Below, piece by piece: positions 53,668 through 64,000 of a stretch of 64,000 nucleotides of DNA. The stretch lies in contig OX597826.1 in NCBI GenBank assembly GCA_951406725.2, forward strand, positions 78,244,001 to 78,308,000, in the 5' to 3' direction. The translations under genes were made by a program, and so were the position numbers. The notes under the pieces are model-generated. The model was not told the DNA's origin, did no database searches, and saw only the letters and a list, made by a program, of their open reading frames with translations. Each line of letters starts with the position of its first letter. The stretch's first letter is position 1. This DNA comes from Octopus vulgaris (taxonomy: Eukaryota).

Positions 53668-54054
53668 TATAACAAGAATACTGAACTTTAAAAAATGTAT
53701 TGTAGTTTAAGAAATTACGAAATTTTAAAAAATTAGTTCGATATAGCAGACGGAAAACTCTTCAAAATACAAAAAAATAACCACGAGACATTGCCGGATT
53801 CCGTCCTATTGTATTCACTCATAAAGCAAGGAGATGCTTCCTTATAAGGAGATTCAAATTTAAGTAGATTATTCTGGAGATGACCCAGAATTATCAGCCG
53901 GCCGAGAAATAACTTTTCTTTTTCTTGTTTGTGTGTGTGTGACTTTAAATGCAAATTACTGCTACATTAACTTGCATTTAAGCAAGATCCTCTTCTCATA
54001 AGAAGCGTGAAATGTTTTTAGTGTGCGTGTGCATTTGTGTATATGCATGATACA

Positions 54055-54095
<41 letters not shown>

Positions 54096-54489
54096 ACACA
54101 CGCACGCACACACAAACACACACACTTATGGTTCGATTTCGTATGATTACAGCCTTTGGGTTGAAATTCATAAAAGAATAAAGAATACGGTTTTAAAGAT
54201 GGTAGGATATGATTTGAGAGTGTATGGCTGCTGTTTATTGTAAACAAGCGACTGTACAGAATTTCCTTCTTTGGTAGATTAATAATTGGTTCTTAGCACT
54301 AACTCATGCACGAACAATCTTTAATTTTTACATATTGAGGAGTACATTGTTATGGGAGCCATTATTTCTGTCGGTAGGGCAGGTTGTGAGGGCGATTTGA
54401 CTGTTTTATTTATTAGGTTGAGTAATTCCTTCCTTGGCCCAGGTGAACATAGATGAGGAGTATTTCGTCGCAGTGAAGCGAGTAGTAAT

Positions 54490-54692
54490 GGTTTCAAATT
54501 TTGGTACAAGGCCAGCAAACTTGGGTGAGGGGCCATCGACACCAGTACGTAACTGGTACTTATTTTATCAACTTTGAAACGATGAAAGGCAAAGTCAACC
54601 TCGGCGGAATTTGAACACAGAACGTAAAGACGGACAAAATTCCGCTAAGCATTTTGCCCGGCGAAGAAACAATTTTGCCAGCTCTTCGCCTT
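54490..54692 (-). mobile_element. SINE family A copy
   Basis: GATGAAAGGCAAAGTCAACCTCGGCGGAATTTGAAC...GCCAGCT..CGCC. Confidence 0.88.
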
Positions 54693-54990
54693 AGGGAAGC
54701 GAATTATTAATGGTAGAGATGATAGTGGAATTGCTCCTTTCTTTAACTCACCTCAGACCAAACTGATTCGGCTAACCTACGGTCGAAATTGCCCTTTGTC
54801 ACCGAACAAGCAAAGCAACCTAAACATATAAACGAACTTCAGAAAGTAATTTTTAATTTCTCGGAATTGTCTCCCCTTCTTTTAAGAATCCATCACAAAT
54901 CCAGCAAAACTTTTGTCTTCTTTCTCCAAGAACGAAGACAATTCATTCCTTCACGCATTTAACTAATTATTCCTTATTTATGTCATTCTA

Positions 54991-55080
54991 AGGCTGCGAG
55001 CTAGCAGAATCGTTACGATGCCGGATTAAAAGCTCATCGGCATTTTTTCTGGCTTTAAGTTTTGAGTTCAAATTCCATTG
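54991..55080 (+). mobile_element. SINE family A head only
   Basis: GGCTGCGAGCTAGCAGAATCGTT...GAGTTCAAATTCC, then (CTAT)n. Confidence 0.7.
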
Positions 55081-55082
55081 CA

Positions 55083-56380
<1,298 letters not shown>

Positions 56381-56499
56381 CCATTTCAGCGTTGAAATTC
56401 GTATCATGATCCCTTATAATAATCTATGTATCTCATAATTGACATAATTAAATATATTGTCAACGAAATGTCACTTCAGTAGCAGACTATTGATTACCA

Positions 56500-56500
56500 G

Positions 56501-56531
<31 letters not shown>

Positions 56532-56686
56532 GATATTATTCTTGCTATTGTTGTTGTTGTTGTTGTTGTTAGTAGTAGTATTAGTAGTAGTGCTCTTCTT
56601 CTTATTATTATTATCATAATCATCATCATTAGTAGTAGTAGTGCTCTTATTATTATCATCATCATCATCATCATCAGTAGTAGTAA

Positions 56687-56745
<59 letters not shown>

Positions 56746-56948
56746 ATAGTAGTGCTCTTCTTCTTCTTCTTCTTCTTCTTCTTATTCTTATTATTATTAT
56801 TATTATTATTATCTTTATCATCATCATCATCATCATTAGTGTTGTTGTTGTTGTTAGTAGTATTAGTAGTAGTGCTCTTCTTATTATTATTATCATAATC
56901 ATCATCATCATCATCATTAGTAGTAGTAATAGTATTAGTAGTAGTAGC

Positions 56949-56985
<37 letters not shown>

Positions 56986-57009
56986 CTCTTCTTCTTCTTC
57001 TTCTTCTTC

Positions 57010-57041
<32 letters not shown>

Positions 57042-57065
57042 GTGCATGCAATGCTGGTGTTGTTA

Positions 57066-57108
<43 letters not shown>

Positions 57109-57160
57109 CGTTATCATCATCATCATCATTAGTGTTGTTGTTGTTGTTGTTATATTATTC
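56500..57160. repeat. Compound trinucleotide microsatellite with higher-order periodicity
   Basis: (ATC)n-(AGT)n-GCT-(CTT)n-(ATT)n block recurring five times. Confidence 0.92.
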
Positions 57161-57616
57161 CATTGTGTTGTTCCTCATTCATTTCGCTTCTTTTGTTTTC
57201 CCTGGCTGTTATTATAATATAATATAATTACATTCTTTACATAATGGAATTTAATATTGGAACTGTGATTACGACTGCTAATGGGCTGGGGAGGAGGGGT
57301 GTTGTGTGGAGGAGACACTACTAAACGGAGAGGTCACCTCCTCTCATGCCTTCTCTCGAACACCATTAAATGATGACGAAATAGAGACTAAACACCATTA
57401 ACAGAGAAGGTAGATAAACGGCGTTATCTTAGGAAGGAATCTCACCTGACACCATTAATTGGAAAGGTTGTCATGTGACGATTAATCCATTAGTTGTAAA
57501 GGTACTTCAGACGCTACTATTAACTGAGGATATAGCCGTAATCTAATTAACTGAAGAAGTAAATTGAATAGATTGGTTGTAGGTTGGTGGTAAATAAACC
57601 TCATTATTGGAAAAAT

Positions 57617-58140
57617 ATCCATTCATTCGTTTTATCCGCCCACTCCAACTCCTGGCAGGTTTGTTTGGAGTAGAGTCCCCAGGCACCTCCTTTATAGACA
57701 CCATTCAGAAGCAACTGTCATAACACGTTTCGGCTGGATTCCCAAGCGCAGCCAAATGAGTCTATGGATATTATCCGACCACCTTGTTCTTTGATTATTC
57801 ATGTCTCCCTCCGATTGGCTCAGCTTGAAGAATACGTCTTGCGATTCTTTCCTGTGATATGCAAAAACAGATGTCCATAGTATTGGAACTGTGACCGCTC
57901 AAGGGCGGAAAAGTAGCGGCTCTGCGTACAAAGACTCCCTGATCTCCGAGCGACCCCCCTTGTCGAGTAACGTTAGTGTTGAAATCCCTCGGAGGATCCT
58001 CATTTCAACTGCTTTTCATCATTGGAGATATATCGAAATCATTTTTCCGGTGGGCATCATACCAATTTTAGAATATTTGCTGTATTTCGTAATACTGGAT
58101 TCCAGTGTCAGACTTCCGGTTCTGGTTAACATTACGGCAA
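57617..58140 (-). mobile_element. 3' end of an RTE-clade (Expander/Rex3-like) LINE, decayed
   Basis: AVEMRILRGI..LLDK..SEIRESL.AEPLL..ERSQFQYYGHL, RTRWSDNIHRLIWLRLGI; GAAT/GGAT tail. Confidence 0.8.
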
Positions 58141-58589
58141 CAATGTGTAATGATGACAAAATATAAATATCGTAATAAGCTACAGGACAAGATTCTACGC
58201 GTTGTGCTGTCGTGATAGAAATAACAGGAAGACCATTCCGATTCTATTGTCTTCCAAAAGGAAAAGAACATGAAATAAGGTCATCCTACATATTATGTGT
58301 GAAAACAATAGAGAAATATTTGGTAATAACTAAGGAATTCTTCGATCATGGGTTTTGCAGCATCCAAACTGACATTCAGCCAAATAACAACAATAACAAC
58401 AACAACAGAAGCTCAACTGCAGCATCAATTACAACGCAACAACAGTTGTCGATATTAAAGAAAGAAAAGAAAGTCGACCTTTAAAAGGAAAGTTATACAA
58501 CATGGCGTGAGGTAAAATGTTGACAATGCATTTTTAAGCGGTAAAAGAGGTAAGACAATGCGATATTAGAAACACTAGAAAATTAGCAT

Positions 58590-59022
58590 TAAAGGGAAAT
58601 TTCAGCACATTGTGAATAACAGGAGAGATGAGCAACGGACGATGAGTTGAAGAGGTAGACAACGTATTGTTAATTGAAGGGGGAGGTAATTGACAGTAAC
58701 GTTAATTAGAGAGTTATGTGACATACGGTTAATTGAAAGGATAGAAAACATAACGTTAATTGGAGATGTAGACAACATAGAATTATGTGGAGAGTAAGAC
58801 AATATAGCGTTATTTGGAGATGTCTACAATATATCGTTAATCGAAGAGGTGTTCAACATATCGTTAATAGGGGAGATATTAAATATACTGTTAACTGGGA
58901 AAGTGTACTATAGACCGTTCAATGGAACGACAGACAATAGTCTGTTAATTGGAGAGGTATACAGTATGTTGTTAACAGGAACGATAGATAAGACACAGTT
59001 AGCAGGCGAAAAAAGACTATTA
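58590..59022 (+). repeat. Diverged 27-bp minisatellite (consensus approximately TTAATTGGAGAGGTAGACAATATATCG)
   Basis: TTA-starting units phased every 27 bp from 58702 to about 59000. Confidence 0.85.
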
Positions 59023-59037
59023 ACTCAAGAGGCAGAT

Positions 59038-59421
59038 GGATGGAAGCACTCCGTCGGTTACGACGACGAGGGTTCTGGTTGATCCGATCAACGGAACAGC
59101 CTGCTCGTGAAATTAACGTGTAAGTGGCTGAGCACTCCACAGACACGTGTACCCTTAACGCAGTTCTCGGGGATATTCAGCGTGACACAGAGAGTGACAA
59201 GGCCGGCCCTTTGAAATACAGGTACAACAGAATCGGGAAGTAAGAGTGAGAGAAAGTTGTGGTGAAAGAGTACAGCAGGGGTCACCACCATCCCTGCCGG
59301 AGCATCGTGGAGCTTTAGGTATTTTCGCTCAATAAACACTCACAACGCCCGGGCTGGGAATCGAAACCGCGATCCTACGACCGCGAGTCCGCTGTCCTAA
59401 CCACTGGGCCATTGCGCCTCC
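59038..59421 (-). mobile_element. Full-length tRNA-derived SINE (family C-type head) with a perfect 15-bp TSD
   Basis: TSD ACTCAAGAGGCAGAT at 59023-59037 and 59422-59436; A-box TGGCCCAGTGG, B-box GTTTCGATTCC; short TCCA repeat tail. Confidence 0.93.
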
Positions 59422-59728
59422 ACTCAAGAGGCAGATAATATAGTGTTCAATAGAGAGAGTTGGCATCTGTGTATAAAACTAAAGAGATAACCAGTGCCAC
59501 ATCAAATACAGCTGAAGGTACCATTACTTGATATTTATTGTACGTTTTTTTGTTTTTCGTGTATTAATATTGAAAATACCTACCAGTATGACACTAGTAT
59601 CTGGAGACAGTAAGGCATGTGTCCCAAAGTACATGTACGGCCAAGTTACAGGAAAAAGCTATATTGACCATTAAATTAGTTTTGATCTCTGTCAGCTTGA
59701 TCGTGTTCAAAGAGAGGCCTAGTTGCCG

Positions 59729-59946
59729 CGTGGAAGGTGTTTATAAACCATTTAAGGAGACACAAAAAACCGTTAGATACAATTCAACATTAAAATTCAA
59801 TTTGTCAAAATATTTTCGTCGCTTTGAAACCGCGACCGGTTCACTGACAAAATTCTGTTCGGCATTTTGACAAATTAAATTTAAATGTCGAAGCGAATCT
59901 AACGGTGTTTTATGTGTTTTTAAATGGTTTATAAACACCTCCCACG
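59729..59946. repeat. Imperfect palindromic element (about 80-bp arms) with an HHR-like loop
   Basis: GG.AGGTGTTTATAAACCATTTAA..CCGTTAGAT..AATTTGTCAAAAT on both arms in inverted orientation. Confidence 0.92.
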
Positions 59947-60099
59947 TCTAATAATTTTGTACAAACAGAAAGTTTCCATGTTGCCACAAGGCATCATTGC
60001 ACCTTCATTAAAAAAATATTTCTCGCACTGGATATTAATAACCGAATATTAGATAGAAGTGATGTTGGTGCTCTTCACAAATGGCAGGTTAAAAAAATA

Positions 60100-60100
<1 letters not shown>

Positions 60101-60156
<56 letters not shown>

Positions 60157-60214
60157 TACATATATATACATAGATACATACATACATACATACGTACATA
60201 CATACATACATACA

Positions 60215-60248
<34 letters not shown>

Positions 60249-60261
60249 CATACATACATAT

Positions 60262-60350
<89 letters not shown>
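60101..60350. repeat. (TA)n(CATA)n(TA)n microsatellite
   Basis: Direct reading. Confidence 0.95.
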
Positions 60351-60352
<2 letters not shown>

Positions 60353-61736
60353 ATATTTGCGGTCGGTTGACTGAGTAGCAGTTTGTCATACACTTCTGAA
60401 TTATTTGGTGTGTAATGATTCGTGTATAATGACTTTATCAGAGGAAAATTTGCAGTGTTTCTTCTCAAATCGGAACACGGAATGTTGAAACCAAAAGCAA
60501 ACGATAGCTAGGATTCAGTCTTTCCTAATCGTGTCTGTCTGTTAGGCTTCTTCTCATACATATAATGGCCTTACAATTTCCTTGACACGTTCCTGATTTA
60601 CGAAACAGGAATGGAGTTAGACATTAGACATAGGTCTGAAAATGAGACGGAAACACGTGACCATCACCGTCCTCTCCTCGCCAGACAGTAAGTCCTTTTC
60701 CTTTATGGTCTGTCAACTCTGGAGAATTCTTGGTCTTTGAGATTATCTACCCTTCTCAAGTGGAGATCCTCTCAATTACCATTTTGTAATTGCGACACAG
60801 CGTCAAGAGGCAGTTTTGATAAATCAAGACATTTATATTGTATGGTATTTGATAGACCTGTCTTTGTCTATGTTGCTCATCTACATGCCACTGGCTGCTC
60901 TGAGTTATTTCTCTCTCACCTCACACACACACACACGTACATACATACACACATACATACACACATACACAGATATACATATGTATATATGTTTGTATGT
61001 ATGTGTATGAGTTTTACATAGACACACTGGCATATACATTCTCACGAAGCTCTAAGCTAAGGAAACTTCAAACATTCGCATAAACATGTGTGTGTATATA
61101 TATATATATGGACGTGTGAGTGTGGAAGTATGCATCTAAGCTGGCGTCTCGTACAATCACATGCCATGTACAAACACCCGATTAAATTTGACGTATGCCT
61201 GCAAAAGAATTCAGACTTAACGTGATGACCACATATAATAACACACACACACACACACACACATACACACACGGTCTCTCTCTCTCTCTCACACACACTG
61301 CCCAACTCTCGTTCTTTCTCTCCCGCTCTCACACACAAACATCTATTGACGTCATACAATATCTCTTGTTTTCTTTTGCCATTCTTCCCACCCTCACAGA
61401 TTAGACCAGACTTGCCTTGATAGATCGCTGATAGAATTGTGATAACGTTTAATTTACAAGATAAATAACATTTGAAAGATGAAGACTCTTTTGGGCCAGA
61501 AGACTAATTTAATATTTGTCGATCGAGTGCAGCCATTGTAAGCTGCTACAACAAACACGATGAACAAGATGGCTGCCTGGTGGGATGGACGGATGGATGG
61601 TAGCGCTTTTCTTTTTTCCTTGTTATTGTTTTTGTACATTTATTCTCCCTCTGTCAGTAAACTAAGTCAAACAGTTGTGTCATTTTATATTCTTCCGATC
61701 TATTCTTCACCTCTTTCTTCCTTCCTTCCTTCCTTC

Positions 61737-61775
<39 letters not shown>

Positions 61776-62236
61776 TCATTCTCTCGGTTTCCTTTCTTCT
61801 TTTTCTTCTTTTCTTCTTGCTCGCTACTTGTTCTATCGTTTATATTTGATTTTTGCATCTCCTTCATTTTTCTCCATTCAATATTTCTTTTCATCTTACT
61901 GTACACTCCTTGCGTCTGTCTGTGCAACACCCCACACCCCATACCCCCCACACACACACACTCAGAACTGGTGTTTCAACAGTGTTTCATTTCGTTGCTA
62001 TGATGTACTATAGACTAATATCTACCCGTTTATTCTTAGCTAACACTATATACGTTACGAAGACTGTAAACACTCAACCTCCATCGTATGCGTACGGACA
62101 AAATAAGGGGAAACACTTTCGAAAACGAAAATGAAGAATGCAGTTCTTGCCACTATTTTCCTTCGCACATATTTTGTATACGAATTCCTTAGAATTAGTC
62201 CAAGGACATTATGTTAGCTACGAAACCTATAAATAT

Positions 62237-62310
62237 ACACGGCTAGCTCATTCGGCCGAGCACGAGACTCTTGATCTAGGTCTCGTGCTTTCGGGGCCCC
62301 ACGTCGGATG
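62237..62310 (+). pseudogene. tRNA-Lys(CTT) pseudogene
   Basis: CGGCTAGCTCA.TCGG..GAGCA.GAGACTCTT.ATCT...TCGTG..TTCG.GCCCCACGT.GG aligns with metazoan tRNA-Lys(CTT); acceptor, D and T arms are mutated. Confidence 0.8.
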
Positions 62311-62327
62311 CACTGCATCTTTTGCTG

Positions 62328-62605
62328 CAGGCATGGTTGTGAAGTAAAGAAGTTCAGTTTGCAACCAATTAGTTCCTGGTTCGATCCCACTGCGATGCAC
62401 CTTGGCCACGTGTCTTCTTTTACAGACTTAGTCTATAGAAGGCGTGTGAGTGCCCAAAGCTTTGTGAGTTTGCTGAGGGAGTCTGTGTAGAAGCCCTACG
62501 AATATATTTAAATGTGTGGGAGGCTGTTTGTGTATGTGGATCTTTGTATCCGTTTGTCCCCCACTCCCCACTACTGGACAGCCGGTGTTACTTGTTAACG
62601 TTCCC
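62328..62605 (+). mobile_element. SINE family B, diverged copy
   Basis: GCAGGCATGGTTGTG..GGTTCGATCCCACTGCG..CACCTTGG..AAAGCTTTGTGAGT. Confidence 0.75.
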
Positions 62606-62698
62606 ACGAGAGAGAAAGAGAGAGGGAGAGCTGGGGTGAAATTTAAACATTTAAGAGTGAAATAGTCAAGAGAATATTGAATATTAAATGTAGAGTTA

Positions 62699-63174
62699 AC
62701 CACTACGCCATATGCCCACGGGAATATGGCGTAGTGGTTAGGAGCGCGGGCTACTAACTCCAAGAATCTGAGTTCAATTACAGGCAGTGACCTGAATAAT
62801 AATAATAATAATAACAACAACAATAATAATAACAATAATAATAATGATAATAATAATAATAATCATACGTGCTACCAATGCCCTGATGCAGTACCAGGCA
62901 ATGATGGGTATACTGAGCTTCGTATATTTTACCCCAGTGTCACTTTGATGGCATGCACTGTTCTCTCACTCAATAATAATAATAATAATAACATCGAAAA
63001 ATACCTTAAAAATGAGGACTCAGGTCTGAAATTTCCCCAAGACACCTGATGAGGGCTGGAAGGTATATCAGCTGAAACGTTGTGTTAACAACCAACAAGA
63101 TGAGAACAAATATCCGTCAAATGTAAATAATGTAAATAATGTAAATAATTCCTCATCTCTTAAATATAGAACTG
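62699..63174 (+). mobile_element. Composite SINE: inverted head duplication + tRNA-like Pol III head + (AAT)n + hammerhead-containing tail
   Basis: 14-bp TSD TAAA(T/G)GTAGAGTTA at 62685-62698 and 63175-63188; A-box TGGCGTAGTGG, B-box GAGTTCAATT; HHR at 63041-63086. Confidence 0.78.
63041..63086 (+). ncRNA. Minimal type I hammerhead ribozyme motif
   Basis: GACAC-CUGAUGA-G-GGCUG...CAGCU-GAA-ACGU-U-GUGUU; stem I GACAC/GUGUU; palindromic ACGU helix III. Confidence 0.8.
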
Positions 63175-63321
63175 TAAAGGTAGAGTTATTTATATTTTAC
63201 TGGAAGCTGGATATTTACATATCATTCCTCCGAGATTTTCGTTCCCATTTTCAGTCGATTGTATAAAAAAAAATATGAGATACAAAAATTCAGTGTTTCA
63301 TAATCATCGATTTGATACGAA

Positions 63322-63533
63322 GGCGATGATCTGGCAGAATTGTTAGCAAGCCGGACAAAAGGCTTGGCGGTACTTCATCGGTCTTCACGTTCTGACTTCA
63401 AATGCCGCCGAGGTTGACTTTAACTTTCACTTCTCCAGGGTCCATAAAATAAGTACCTGTTGAACACTGGGGTCGATGTAACCGATTTACACACTCCTCT
63501 GTAATTGCTGGCCTCGTGCCAAAATTTGAAACT
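63322..63533 (+). mobile_element. SINE family A copy
   Basis: Family head, core and tail. Confidence 0.85.
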
Positions 63534-64000
63534 AACGGATATTATCGAATGAAGGAATCTTATTGCATGACAATAAAACTGCTATCTGAAAATTTATTGA
63601 GATGATAACACATAGAACATTAGAGATAAATTTTACGAAATGTATTTTCGCCAGTAAATCTGTATATGAATTTTTTTTTTTTATGGAGAAAAACTTAGCT
63701 GTTTTGACTATTGTATTGCATAAAACATCAAATCGCTAACACGAAGTATTTAGAATTTATTTTATTCCAGGATTTTTATTATTCAGCGACATGAAGTACT
63801 CATTGCTTGAATTTGCCATTAGTGGATACAAAATAACAAAATAAATGTCGCGTGTTTATATATCCGTCGAACATCTCTCTTAGTTTATCCGTGTGCATTG
63901 TATTTAAAAGAATTTCCAGCCCACGACAGTAATAGTGTCATAGCTTCGCGCCGTCTGAGCACAAATGAACTGCATAGTTTCAGAAAAAAATCTCATAAAA

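Noticed and set aside
56457-57227. 256-aa hydrophobic ORF
   Set aside because: Pure triplet-repeat runs; no coding evidence.
57720-57765. HHR-like GGCUG..CAGCC-GAAACGU on the minus strand
   Set aside because: Lacks CUGANGA and lies within RTE coding sequence (WLRLGIQPKR); coincidental.
58590-59022. Regularly spaced repeats as a CRISPR array
   Set aside because: Eukaryotic context; contiguous diverged 27-bp units without a repeat-spacer structure or cas genes.
62237-62310. Functional tRNA-Lys gene
   Set aside because: Acceptor stem, D-loop GG context and T-loop are disrupted; no poly-T terminator directly downstream.

Overview
Eukaryotic, AT-rich, extremely microsatellite-rich DNA. The SINE families and repeat landscape are typical of a coleoid cephalopod, most likely Octopus (inferred from recognition, not from a search). 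No host protein-coding gene can be supported; nearly all ORFs in the track are translations of simple repeats. The window is intergenic or intronic and made of transposons. It holds a nearly intact, 5'-truncated CR1-group LINE (2243-5628, minus), decayed L1/Tx1, RTE and RLE-type (R4/Dong-like) retroelements, two mariner elements, pogo/Tigger remnants, hAT, Tc2-like and Helitron non-autonomous elements, more than 20 copies of three tRNA-derived SINE families and a tRNA-Lys(CTT) pseudogene. The most interesting signal is a set of minimal type I hammerhead-ribozyme (HHR) motifs with palindromic helix III inside small non-coding elements of Penelope/retrozyme-like architecture. These include a TSD-flanked element joining a tRNA/Pol III head to an HHR tail (62699-63174), a 573-bp unit with an intact HHR core (34531-35135), and a palindrome whose loop carries a G3-C8 swapped HHR core (59729-59946). 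Also notable are an in-phase U_UUU_UUA -1 frameshift signal at the LINE ORF1/ORF2 overlap and a SINE subfamily sharing its 3' tail with the L1/Tx1 element.
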